Source: Lama glama (Eukaryota). From it: DNA of 64,000 nt. A program made the translations under genes and the position numbers. The stretch is taken from positions 10,728,001 to 10,792,000 of the forward strand of contig CM052832.1 of the NCBI GenBank assembly GCA_028534125.1, written 5' to 3'. Of this stretch, positions 12,612 through 24,966 are shown piece by piece; position 1 is the stretch's first letter; each line of letters opens with the position of its first letter. The notes beneath the pieces were generated by a model. The model was not told the DNA's origin. It was given only the letters and a program-made list of their open reading frames with translations, and ran no database searches.

Positions 12612-12996
12612 TTAGAATAAGCTAGTTACGCTTTAATAACAAGCAGCCCCCAGTCTCAGCACCTGAACACAACAAAGGTTTAATTCTCACCCCACATGAA
12701 GTAAAGGGGACCTGAGGAATCTTCAAGGCAACTGTCCTCCATGTGGTCCTCAAAGTTCCAGGCTGATGCTGGCTCTGCTCTCTCTTAGCTTCATCATCTG
12801 GAACATGCAGCCTCCTTGGTCCTCCTGGCAGAGAGAGGGGGAGACTGGATAAGCACGTCTGACAATGACACACGTTGTCTGCTCATATTCCCTCAGCCAG
12901 ACGCAGTCTCAGGGCTCACAGACCTGCAAGGGGGCTGAGGAATGTTGTCCGGAAGTGGGGGAGTGTCTGGTATCGGTGAACGCCAGACATATCAAC
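12612..12996 (-). mobile_element. MLT1-family LTR
   Basis: AATAACAAGCAGCCCCCAGTCTCAG...ACAACAAAGGTTTAATTCTCAC...CTGCAAGGGGGCTGAGGAATGT. Confidence 0.65.
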
Positions 12997-14199
12997 CGCA
13001 AGTGTTTTGCTCAAGACCCCATGCAAATCATAGCACCTTAAGCTTTTGCAAGAGTTTTCTCGCTTCTGATGTAACTCTAGGCTGACAATAAGGCAACCTC
13101 CACCTACTTTTCCCCAGGAATAACGACAAATATTTACCTTTGTGGCTGATCAGATAATCATTTGGGAGAGAAAAAGGCAAATCCCGCACCCAGAGCCTCC
13201 TCGTAAGGAGCTGGGCTTGCTTGCAGGGTAGGCAGCTCACCTATATTTCAAGGCCCCAGATCCACATAATTAGAATCCTTTTTTTGGATTAGGGCCTTGG
13301 GAAAACCGTCTTAAAGTGTACACTTTCTCTTGGCGTGGAGACAGGAATGTACAGCCGTCATTATTCATTCACACCTCCCTATGGCGGTGGTATTCTTAGT
13401 GGGCGGAGACTGGGGATAAGAAGAGGTGCGTTTCAACACGGGAAGAGGAGGAAAAAGAGGAAAGGTTGGTGGGAGGAGGTGTGGAGCCGGGAGTGCGGGA
13501 TGGCTAGAGGGGAGGGATGATGGCCAGTCTGATCTTCCACTGAGCGAAAGCCGAAGAGCTGCATGGTTGAACTGTTCCTGGTTAGAGAAGAGCATATGGA
13601 GGGTGAGGATATTCTGGGACGCATTTTCCCCAGGTGCCAGAATCACCATCAGTAAGTATGCCTAGGTCTGCCTTTGACACTTGTACTCGTGGCCTTGACC
13701 CAAGGAGCACAGCTGCCCCCTTTTCATCCCTCTCTTCTCTGTCCCTCCTTGGAGGGAGCCACGAGCCTTGGGTCCCGGACAGCCATTTAATAACTGTGTG
13801 ACTAAGGAGAGGCTACAACTATCTGTGCTGGTTTTCTTCACTTGTAAGGTGGAGATGAAGACATTCTCTCCAGGGTTCTTGGAGAATCAAACATGCAAAC
13901 AATCATACCAGTTTTGTTAACTATCAAGGGCTGTGCAAACTGTCATTACAACCATCATCACCATTGGCTTTTATTCCATATGCGACAGCAGAAAATGCGT
14001 CAATTATAAGCATCCAGAGCGGCTACGGAGTCTGGTTATTTCTGGCTTCAGGAGCAAATCTCGTTGGCACACCTGGGTCTCATCTCTCTCCGTCTCCCTT
14101 TCCTAGATCCACTTTCCCCTGGTGCAGTGTCTCTCTCCTCTGGCTTTCCGTGCAGTTAGCTGCCTCCTCCTTTCAGTCTGAAGTGAGCCCACACTTCTC

Positions 14200-14819
14200 T
14201 GTATTAGTTTTCTATTGCTGCCTAGCAAACGACCACAGACGTCGTGGCTTAAACAGCTCAGATGTATTGCCTCACTGTGTCTGTAGAGCCTCTGCTTGGG
14301 GTCTCACGTGGCTGAAATCAAGGCATTCTTATCTGGAAGCTCAGCGAGGGAAATACTCACTCCCAAGCTCTCTTACGTTGTTGGCCAGACTCAGTTTCTT
14401 GTGGTTTTAAAACAGAGGCGTCTGCTCTCTCGTTGGTTGTCAGCTGGGGGCCTCCCTCAGCTCCTAGAGGCTGCCCGCTGTTCCCTGCCCCATGGCCCTT
14501 CCACAGCATCAGAGTTCGTTCCTTCAAGGCCAACAGAAGAAATCACTCTGATTTTAAGAAAAGCTGAGTCCCTTTTAAGAGCTCACCTTATTAAGGCAGG
14601 CCCATGCAGGATATCTCCCTTTCGGTTAACTCATGGCCAACGGATTAAGGACTTTCCTGAGTAACATGTGGAAACCTCATCCCATACAGTGTAACATAAT
14701 CACAGGAAGGATGTGCCATCATATTCACAAGTCCCACATCCCACTTTCTCACCCACAAGGGCGGGGAGTCTTCAAGAGGTGGGACTCTCAGAGGCCATCT
14801 GATAATTCTTCCTACCGCA
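14200..14819 (-). mobile_element. MLT1E/F-like LTR
   Basis: Starts TGTATTAGTTTTCTATTGCTG, ends CCTACCGCA, about 620 bp. Confidence 0.8.
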
Positions 14820-14916
14820 GTATCCAAGAGGTCTCAGACAAGCTGAACTTCAGTCCAACAAAGATTGAGATGCTCCTGGGTACTCTAAGTTTGGAAGATG
14901 CAAAGAGGCCTAGAGT

Positions 14917-15010
14917 GGGCGAGGGTACAGCTCAGTGGTAGCGCATGTGCTTAGCATGCATGAGGTCCTGGGTTCAATCCCCAATACCTCCATTAAAAAA
15001 AAGAAAGCAA
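14917..15010 (+). mobile_element. tRNA-Ala-derived SINE (camelid vic-1-like) with A tail and 14-bp TSD
   Basis: GGGCGAGGGTACAGCTCAGTGGTAGCGCATGTGCTTAGCATGCATGAGGTCCTGGGTTCAATCCCCAATACCTCC with A and B boxes, then an A-rich tail. TSD AAAGAGGCCTAGAG at 14902-14915 and 15011-15024. Confidence 0.9.
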
Positions 15011-15039
15011 AAAGAGGCCTAGAGACAAGTAATTGTTAG

Positions 15040-15505
15040 AGTGGTTGTGTAAACCCGGGGTTCCTAGAAGTGGAGCCTGGGGCAAGGATTAAATGCTGAT
15101 GCACATTTGGGAGGTACAGTCCCAGGGCAGAGAGAATGAGGGCAAAGGGAAGGAAGGCAGGGAAGGATGGGAAGCATTGCGTGGTGCTGTGTCACTGTCA
15201 CTCTGACGGCCACTGCTTCACAACAAGCCACAAGGAAGCAGAGCTGAGCATTTATCAGATGCACCTGCTCAGCCGAGCAAAAATTCTCTGGACATGTTGT
15301 ATGGAGAATCCATGCTTTGGAGGGAAGAGGCGATAGGGGAAGCTAGCTGCCTGGCTTTCTCCTGTCCCCTCTTTTCCATCGACCCCTTTGGGGAGCTCTT
15401 CTAGACACCAGATCCCATGCCCTGGGGTGAGGCGTCTTGTTCCAGGCCATGACTGCATGGAAGAGATCTCCCGTGGTGGCAACTGAGATGGAGCAAGTCA
15501 CTCAC
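15040..15505 (-). mobile_element. ERVL LTR (LTR16-like)
   Basis: GGGTTCCTAGAAGTGGAGCCTGGGGCAAGGATT...TTTGGGAGGT matches an LTR16-group terminus in reverse. Confidence 0.6.
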
Positions 15506-15719
15506 AACCTGGGAGGCCGGTGAGGCCAGGAGATCCTGGTGTGTTTGGCAGAGTGATACACACTAATCCCGTGATGATGCAAAGGCACCCACTCATAGAG
15601 GAAGGAGAGCAAGGGCAGCGGAGAGTGCCTGCTGTGTGCCAAGTCTGGGGAAATGGCCCAAAGGCAGGAACAATGGGAATACAGGGGCGGGGGGTGGGGG
15701 ATCAAGACATATTCATTTA

Positions 15720-16400
15720 TTTAAGGTATTTATAACTACTTTTTTCAATTATAGAGGTAGTACCTTTAAATAAAGAATGGAAACAGTAAAAAAAAAAGAA
15801 GTGTGAATGATAAAAATGAAAGTCTTTTTTTATGCCCCAGATTTCCGGTTACAGTTTCCAGAGAAATCACAATTTTTCTATGTTCTTCCAAAACTTGTCT
15901 GGCTTATAAATCAAAGATAGATAGTAGGTAGATAGACAGACAGACAGCTAGATAAAGTGTGTGTCCTTTTCTGGGGTACATGTAGGATCTCACAATATAT
16001 TAGGTTTTGGTAATTCAGCATTTCAGATGTGGATGTGCTAAAGGTGAACATTTAAATTACATACAGTCTTTGTCTATTATAAACAATGCTGTAATAAAAT
16101 ACTTGTACCTATTTCTTTGTGCATATGTGCAAGTATCTGTGTAGAATTAACTTCCTAGATATGGAATAGTGAATGTCATTTAAATTTCTATAGATATTGC
16201 TTAAGTGTCTTCCAGGAAGTCTGTCTTAATTTGCACCCCCACCCCTCCCCGCCCAGTAGTGTTCGGTTGTGCTTGTTTGCCTATAGCCCCAGCAGCACTG
16301 GGTATCAACAGTCTTTACTAGTCTCTCAATGAAAAGCAATATTGAGATGTTCTCATTTTCATTTCCTTAATTACAGATAAGGTTGAGTATATTAGACATT
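15720..16400 (-). mobile_element. Old L1M (L1ME-like) fragment with GATA/GACA microsatellite
   Basis: AT-rich; ATTATAAACAATGCTGTAATAAA, TATAGATATTGC, TCTCATTTTCATTTCCTTAATTAC are L1M ORF2/3'UTR-like motifs. Confidence 0.65.
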
Positions 16401-18826
16401 GAGGAAGTTTTAAGTAATGAAGTTCTGATTTTTTACCCATCCACTGGATCTGGCAGTCTGCCCTCTTGGTCTGGAGCAACCCAGCTGAAAAGGGGACCCA
16501 ACTTCCCTAGTGAACCTGGCGTCACTCCTAACAGGATGAGATGGAGCAGAGAGATAGTCCAGCACAAAAGTATGTGGGGACTAAGGGTTAACCCAAAGCA
16601 GGGAGAGGCTGGGAGGTGTTTGAACTTGATGAACAATGGACAGGGCTGGACACTGACGTGTATGTTGACTTTGAGCTTTGGCGTGTCTGCCAGAACCTCA
16701 GAATTAGTTTGCTGTAGGAGAATAGTCAGTATGAGTGACTTTCTGACCGTGGGCACGAAGCATGGCCCCAGCAAATCAGAGGCCCCGAGAGGCATCTGTG
16801 AGGAAAACTTTGAACCCTCCTGCAAAGCACCCAGTCCTGACCATGCTTCCTTTGGAGAAAAAAGAGGGGCTTTTGAGCCCAGAGGGAAGAAACATCTGGT
16901 CATCAAAGCCAACTCAAAGAGAGTTGTGTGCGTCTGTGAATGTCCGGGTGGGGGAAAGGGGAGAAGCTCCCACTGTGGGGGAGCTATGGTGGGAGTGGCA
17001 TTGCTAAGCGTGGTGGCTGTGGGTGTGGTGGGGCGATGCTCTTTATAACAAAGCTTCCCTCTTGGATCCTTAAAGCTAGAGAGGGCTGAGACTTCCTTCA
17101 TCCATCCTCCACAGTGGGATGTAGATGAGCATATCAGTGCCAACCAATCACCACCCCCTTTCTCCACAATAGCATCTCCGCATCCTCACTCTCCAACTCT
17201 CCTTTCCCCCTCTTGCCTCTTCCTTCCAGCCTCTTGGCACTACCAGTGACTTTTCCAGGGTGACAGTTCCTTACGGGGCACACACAGGATAGCACACACA
17301 GGCAAAGGGTCGCTCTTATTCTGCATGGGCAGCTTAAGCTACATCCAAGCCTCTGACCCTCGGCGGCTGGTGTGTGTCCACTTATAGTCTCTCTCCCTCT
17401 CTCCCTCCCCCTTCCCTTCCGTCCTTTCTCTCTCTTCCTCTTCCCCTCTCTCTCTATCCTCACTCTCCCTCTGTGTGTGTGTGTTTTCTTTCCATGTGAT
17501 AAGGAAGTGTTGGGGAGAAGTGCAGTTCCAGATTGTTCCCACAGCTGGGAACCTCGCCAGTGTCGTCGGTCTTCTCTCTCCTGTTTGTGGTCTGGGCGGC
17601 TCCTCTCAGTGCCCATGTGTAAGGTTTGCAGAATCTGATGGGACAGTCAGGTGGGTCTAGTCCCTCAGTTCTTCTAGCTTCTGACGTAGAGAATTTAGGG
17701 AGGGTTACGCTCACACACTGCAGACCCACAGACCGAAGTGTACTTCTCTCCCCCACATATCAGGATGCGCTAGGGTAAGAATCCAGCTGAGCTCAGAACT
17801 CATCCATGTGGACAGTGACATTGTAATCCTGGTTGGTGACACCACTGATTAGTGTGGCTTTGATAGCTTATGTGGTTAATTCTGGCTTGGGGTGCCAACA
17901 GGAACAGACCGATGGCATGGTGGACCTTAGACTGGGTGACCTTGCTATTGACCAGACATGACCCTGGCCTTGAGGCCAGTTGATACTGTGGATGTTAAGC
18001 AGGCTGACCTAGAGAAACTCTGACGTGCACTGTCACATTACACAGCAAATCTGGTCTGTGCCTCCCCCTTTGTTCCCAGAAGACTTTCATTGGAGAGGTA
18101 AGAATGGACACTTAAAAGTTCTCCCAGCATCTTCTACCAAAGCCCCAGCCTCTGTCCTGTGCCTCTGTTTCTCCTCATGTAGAAGGGAGGATGATGGCGA
18201 TCCCAAGAGTGACCTCAAGTGTCCATAATATCATTGTCATTGGGAGAGGTACCCTTGGAAGTGACAAGACGAAGGAGTGACGGTTCCTGGAAGATTGCCC
18301 ACCAGCAGCCTGTGGAGTTCTTGCTCATTCCTAATCTGGAAGGGAGAAGTGATGTGTTTCCTCATCTCTCTGCAGACAGAGTGGTCCAGGCCCAAGGGCC
18401 CTTCCCCATAAAGCCTTCCTTTTATACTTTGGAATCTCCTACGAGGGGCTTCTTGCCTCCCCAGTCACCCAGAGCTACATGTGAGACTAGGGAGTGGAAG
18501 ACAGCTTGTGTGTTTTGAAAACAGTGGAAGACAGCTCATGAAAGGATGCTACTTGGCATTCTGGTTCCTTCTTGTAATTGTCAGGAAACCAGGATCAACA
18601 CACCACCACTGGACTCTGGCAATGAAATGTCTGGTCTCATGCACACAGGTCTCATGGTCAGTCCAGAGAGATGTTCATTAAGTGAAAGGGCTGATAATTC
18701 AATCACTGCGGGGCTGGACATAAGCAGAGGATGCTGCTTCCCTGGAGAAGAGTTTGGCCTACCCTCCTTCTCCCACCCCTAGTTCTCGGCCTCCTGCCCC
18801 ACCCCCTCGAGCTGGGGCTGGTTTCG

Positions 18827-18926
18827 NNNNNNNNNNNNNNNNNNNNNNNNNNNNNNNNNNNNNNNNNNNNNNNNNNNNNNNNNNNNNNNNNNNNNNNNNN
18901 NNNNNNNNNNNNNNNNNNNNNNNNNN
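18827..18926. other. Assembly gap (100 N, probably of unknown size)
   Basis: Run of exactly 100 N. Confidence 0.99.
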
Positions 18927-21900
18927 GGGGGAATAATGCTAGTAAAGCTAATAATAATGTGGGCAGGGATGCCTTGGGGCTATCTTGAGATGAATGTCAC
19001 CTTCAGTCCGTACCTGCACACATCTAAATGTTGTCCATCCTTTGGCCGTATAACAAAGCCTCTGAAATTCATCCCTGATTCTCCTTCCCTCTTATTTATC
19101 TGAAAACTCAAAGAACATTGTAACCTTAACAATGACGACTATTTACTTCTTATATTATATGTGTATATGTGTATATGCCTTCTGTCTTCTCTAAGGGAGA
19201 CACATTCCCAGGAGGTGAAGACCAGCCAAATTTGCTTCATCATTGGTTGCCTCTCAGCACCTATTGCATGCTCAGTAAATGTTCTCGGGACGAATGGATA
19301 GATGCTGCATGAGTGTCCTCTCTTAGGGACTACCCATGTCTAGCCACAGTGGGATGAGGCTGGACGTTGACAAACACCGCCCACTTGGCCCTCCTTGCAG
19401 GCTCCCAGCACGGTTGCATCTCCCACGCTCACCTACTTAGGGACACAGAGAAGGCTGTGTCTGAGAGGAGATGTCCCTTCCTTCCTCCCAACAACATGCT
19501 CAAGAGCCTTTGACATTTAACTGCAGTGCAATTTGTTTGTTTTCACTTGAGTTGAAAATACCAACAAATGTCACCCGCCTTCGCTCTCCTGTCCTGACAT
19601 GTGACTTTGATGGGCCAAGAACCAGCAACACTAATGAGCATCTCAAGTTTCCATAATTAGCAGAGGGATACAGAGCTCTGCGTAGGTACGAGGTGGGTGT
19701 GGAGGTGGGCCCAGCAAAAGAAGGGTGAGCACAGAGCTAGGCATGGGGGCAAGGACGCCTGCCGAGGTCTGTGGTGGAGCAAGGAGGTAGGAGAGTATGG
19801 TCCCTTTGCCAGCGCCATCAGAGGGAAAGATAACTTGAAAGTCCAGTGCCTCTCACTGTTTAAAAGGACTTCTCCACATTGCCCTGAAGGTTGTCGGGTT
19901 GTCCCCTGCACCTGGGCCAGCTCCTTCTGTCTACCACCTGCCTGCCTCAGAGGTGGGGCTTGCATACCACCTTGTACTTTTGGAAATCATATCCCATTGT
20001 GAGCGATAAAAAAAACAAAGTAGCCTAAATGAGAAAGGCTTTTATTTCTCTTTTATGTAGAAAGCGCAGGGAAAAGGGTCAATATTTGAGTGAATGTCAT
20101 CGTGCCAATGTCAGTCTCCTGCTTCGATGTGCACCGCGGGTATGTGAGGTGTTTTCATGGGGGCAGTGGGGTGAAGAGTCTGTGGGACTTCTTACTATTT
20201 TTGAAATTTCTTATAAGTCAAACTAATTTTTTTAAGTTAAAATTAAACAAAAACTTCAGAGAGTCCAGGACTGTGCCGTGGTGCTGGGATCACCAGGTGC
20301 CCAGGTGCCTTCTATTTTGTCATTTTGTATCCTCAACACGTGGCTACCAGTTCTTGGACCAAGAGTCGTTCACATTCTATCCATGCATGGGAACTTAAGC
20401 CAGAGGCATTCATCCTTTCTGGCTCTGCTTGATGTCAAAAAGCAGGAAGCACTTATGTGATGCGAATTAGGAGAAATGCTTAGCCTCTCCCTGGCCTTGC
20501 AGTCCCTCCAAATACTACTTCCACAAGTCAGGGGACAGAGCCTAAAATTTCATTAGGGACTCTTGGTTTAGACAGTGCAGAATTCTTAGTTAACCTAAGC
20601 AGCCATTAATACTTCAACCATTGATTGATTTGATCTTTTTAAGTGTTGCATCAAGAATAGGGTCGTGAAAGGCTAGGGCTGGAAGAGTTCAGAGATCACC
20701 TTTCTCCCAAACACCCTGCCCATGACGTTTGAGGCAACGGAGGGTAACAGGAGTGATGTAGACAGTTGTGGGCATCCCTGCTTTGGCCTCAAGCTCACTC
20801 CAATCTCCTGATTATCAGAAGAATGGTTTTTTTCACCCTACCTGAGGCTGCTTGAGTTGGGGTCTCAAGGGGAGCACTTGCTTGCTGAGTACTAAACCCA
20901 GAGGGTTGCAGGAGAAACACAAAACTCCCTGCCTCACCTGGGCACTGATCTGCTTCTCCCATTCATAACAGGAAGGTGTGAGTCCCTTCCCCAAGTCGGC
21001 AACCCCCCCGAATCCTGAGGCCAAGTGATGGGGTGAGTAAAGAGGGAGTCGCACGCCCCCACTGGGACCAGTGTGAAGGACTCTCCTCAGGAGCAGCTAG
21101 CCCCCTGATCTCTCACCTGCTCGTGCTCTAACTCTGGGAGCACCCTGACCTCTGAAACATCAGGGCAGGGAACCCCACCCCAAAACTCTGGGCTGAGCTC
21201 CCATTCTCCCTCAGTTAAGTGCTTGATAATAAAATGACTCTGCCGACTGTTTGGCTAGAGCCTTGCCTACCTTTTGTTGGTTGGCTCTCCTGGAGAATGA
21301 GGGGAGTCCTAGGGTCCCGAGACTGACAGTATTGACAAAACTCTCTGACAGCCTAGAGGGACCAGTGGTCACTGACTAGGAGGGGGACTCCGGGCAAGTC
21401 AGCTAAACATCTTTCTAGCCTCACTTGCCTCATCTGTAAAATAGGGATAATTATCCCAACCACACATAGGGTGGATGAGAGGACGAAAGGGTTAAAGCAT
21501 AAGGTGATTAGCATATAATTAACACTCAGCTAGTGTTCACCATTAGATGGTGATAAGATGATGATGATGATGGTGACAAAGATGTCATCTACATTTCAGT
21601 GCAAAAGAGTAAGAATTATTGAAGCCAAATTCACATCTTTGGTCTTTGGAGAAGTTCACCAAAAAATATAGGCTTAAGGACATAACTTTTTCAAGATTCC
21701 CCAATCACAGGCCCCCAGTTAGTTCAGGTGGGAGAAGACATCACCAGACAGTGACGGCTGCCCTTATGGTGATGCTAAAAGGTAGCCAAGTTAGGGGACG
21801 GAAGAGCGATGGAAGGTGAAACTCACTGCTGTATCTGTAGTTAAAATCATAACATCACAGCAACTTTAAAACCAATTAATGCTCACATTTACATGGGGGA

Positions 21901-23893
21901 AACTGATGCACAGAGTAGGAATACGCTGAGCCTGAGGTTAATGAGAAGGTCAATGAGGCAGTCATTTCTTGCACAAAAAAAGCATAAATACAGTTTCTAT
22001 GAAGAACTAGTATCATGACTTAGGTGCAAAGATTTCCTAGTTTGAGGGGAGACACAGCCCCTGCTTCTCTGTGAGTTCCAGTCTGAGGAGGCAGACAAGG
22101 CAGATTTTGCTTCTGTCATTTGTGCCCTGCCAGGTACACCTCTCCCTCTTCCCTCAGTGCTGGCTCTCTGTCTTGCCTTTAATAGACTGCACTCTCCCAG
22201 AGGGCAGAAAGGAACTGTTTATTGAGAACCTGCATGGCGCCCAGCCCAGTAGGTGCTCCATAAACATTTATAGCTGCTAATGATTTAGCACGATAAATAT
22301 GTACAGACAACGTAAATGACAGAAGCCTGGTGAACAGAGCACAGAGCATCTGTGCTGGCAGGGCCGCTGGTGGCAAGGAACAGGCTGGGGTCAGAATTAC
22401 TAAGAAGCCTGGAGTGAGCAGAGAGGAGCGGCTGGACCCTTTCTCTTTGGCCCCCGTGGTGAGTGGCCACAAAATACCCTGAGCAGGGCTTCATCATGAC
22501 TTTCATGGTTTCTAAGCACTTTAGCCTTTGAAGGCTCTTTCCCTCCACCTCTGGCCACCTCTCCCCTGGGCTGGAGGCATCCAACTTCCAAACTAATCCT
22601 CAAGCCTAGCTCTGGAATCAGAGCAGCTGGGTTGGAAGAAGATTCACTTATTGCTCCTGGATTCCAGCGTCACTTGCCTTAACTTCTGCCCATGGAACCT
22701 ACAGCAACAGAATTGCTTAAACTGGTGGTTGAGATCCCCTGGGGGAACTGAGTTCTATGAATATGTTTTACATTTTAGCTTTTGATTTTAGTGGCAATCT
22801 GAAAGAACAGCCGATTGTGACTTAAAGACAGTCCCCAGAAGAAGAATTACAGTGGGTGACACTGGCAAGATCTCGCTCTGCGCCACCTGCTGAAGTGTTT
22901 TACATGGAGGGACACAGTCATCTTCACAGCCCTATGAGATCATCCGATTTTACTTCATCAGAGGTAGTGGGAGGTCAGGCAACTTGCCCAAACCACAGGG
23001 CTAGTGAGTGGTAGAGGCAGGATTCAAGCACAGGGTGAAACGGTGTTTTGCCCATGAGGTGGCTGGTCTACCACAGCACCCGGAATCTTTGTTCTTTTAG
23101 AATGTTCTTGGTAAGATAACCAGCTTTAACTGCTGAAATCCTACCACCTATCCTTTAAGACCACAGTCCAGGGCCCTCCTCACATGGTTAGGAGGGCTGT
23201 CTTCTGAAGAATTCCCATAGAATTCTGCCACTTCCTTTTCCCTCTACTGTGAGGACAGTGTCACCCATCATGGGGTAAGGCATACCTGGGCTGGGATTCT
23301 AGCTCTGCCTTTTGTCTTCAGTCATTGAGCAAGTTATGTAAGCTTCCAAAGCCTCAGTTTCTCCATCTGTAAAATGGAAAAACAGTATTGCTTTATCAAA
23401 TGGTTGTACACACTGTCCTCCTCTGCTGGCTTGCAGTTATCCAAGTATGGGTTTGTAAGTTCCTCCAGAGAAGAGAGGAGATGTCCCACTTGGCTCATCC
23501 ATTCTCATGTCCACACCCTGCATGCCACGTGGGGCAGGTGCTCCACAGATGCCTGATTGAATGATTGAGCCTTTGCTGTGGAGACAGGCACGTTCCTGTG
23601 TCTGTTGGGGTGGGGGTGAAGTGGAGGGTCAGGTCATAGGAGGGAGAGTGGACTGCACTGTTCCAGATCTCGACTCCAGACAGAGTCTCCAGAGAGGAGG
23701 CCAAAGGAGAAAGGAAGGAGAGGGTGAAGCAGATAGGGAGAGGCGGAGGGAAATGGGGAAGGAAGGAGGATCATGGAGAGGGGAAGGGGGAACAGGAGTG
23801 GACTGGGTGCTCGGCTGGTCTGTGTCTTCATTGCTCCCCTCCCAGATCTCACCAAACTGGGGCTAGAAATGGATTTGAATACATGAACCCCAC

Positions 23894-23921
23894 CAACACA
23901 AACACACACACACACACACTC

Positions 23922-23960
<39 letters not shown>
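23894..23960 (+). repeat. Compound (CA)n(CT)n microsatellite
   Basis: Directly visible. Confidence 0.95.
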
Positions 23961-23962
<2 letters not shown>

Positions 23963-24529
23963 CATCTAGCCAAATTGCCCAGATGAGGAAACTGAGGCAC
24001 ACAGAGGAGAGGTGGCTTGCTGAGGCCCCAGGCAGGGCAGGGATGGGGACTCAGGTCACAGAACTCCTACACCAGGCTCTTCCTGCTGTATGAGTCTGTC
24101 CCTGGGAGCCAGGGTGCTCACATTCCCACATGAAGAAAGACAACATTAGGAATGCAGAGAGCAAATCCCAGGGTAATGGAGCCTGGTGTTTGCAATAAAA
24201 ATTTAAATGTGCCATCCTGGTGGCAAAAGCGACTTTTATCTGATCAGCCTGTCAGCGCTTAAGAAGGCTGGGCTGTGTAAATGGCAAAAGCAAATTGAAT
24301 TCATATTTACTGCCCTTGAGTCTGTGGGGGTTTATTGTTTCCAATGGATTCACCTCTCCTCTTTCTCCTCTTCCTTCTTTCTCTTCCCACTCCTCCTCCT
24401 TTTCCTCCCTGTTCTTCTTACACTTCCAAGTGATTTCATTATCCAACAACTCACTGGGAAAGTTGACAAGAAAGAAAGCAGCTTTATCTGTGCAGATTAT
24501 TTCCCACCTGCTCCTGCAAGTAAACTCTC

Positions 24530-24966
24530 CACCTTTATCCACCCTGCCCTGTGCCCCGGGAGGCTGGCCTGTGAGGACAGCTTCGTGCAGGCTCCCTTGT
24601 CCTCTGGCTTCCTGGGTTTGGCCGCTGGGAGGCCCAGCAGGAGGTGAGAGGGCAGGGTGAGAGAGAGGGGCCTGTCCCCTTGGCCGCTCCCACCCAGGCT
24701 GCAGGTGGTCAGTAGGTTGGATCCATCCCTATTGCGCTCCCGTGGCTGTAACCCTGCGTGGGTTCTGGAAACTGCCCTCTGCCTTCACCCCTTCAGGCCT
24801 AGGAGTGAAAGGGTTTGCAAAGATTCCCTCTGCTGCCAGCTGCTGGTGGTCACACCGCCCTTCTTGGGTTCCCCTAACCCTGCCCACACCTCTGTAAATA
24901 ATCCCTTCACTAAAATTCCATCAGGTACCCCTTCAACTCTGCCGTTTGTTCCTCCCTGACTGATAT
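24530..24966 (+). mobile_element. ERVL LTR (LTR16/LTR33-like)
   Basis: CCCTGCCCTGTGCCCCGGGAGGCTGGCCTG...GTAAATAATCCCTTCACTAAAAT...TTGTTCCTCCCTGACTGATA terminus. Confidence 0.65.

Noticed and set aside
14917..14991. Functional tRNA-Ala gene
   Set aside because: A-rich tail, TSD and imperfect stems indicate a SINE.
18493..18536. Direct repeat AGTGGAAGACAGCT x2 with 16-nt spacer (CRISPR-like appearance)
   Set aside because: Only two copies in eukaryotic DNA; a simple local duplication.
18731..18988. ORFs spanning the N run
   Set aside because: Artefacts of the assembly gap.
20268..20288. REST/RE1-like motif (also half-sites near 9766, 9828 and 38982)
   Set aside because: Needs indels or several mismatches against TTCAGCACCACGGACAGCGCC; half-sites occur by chance.
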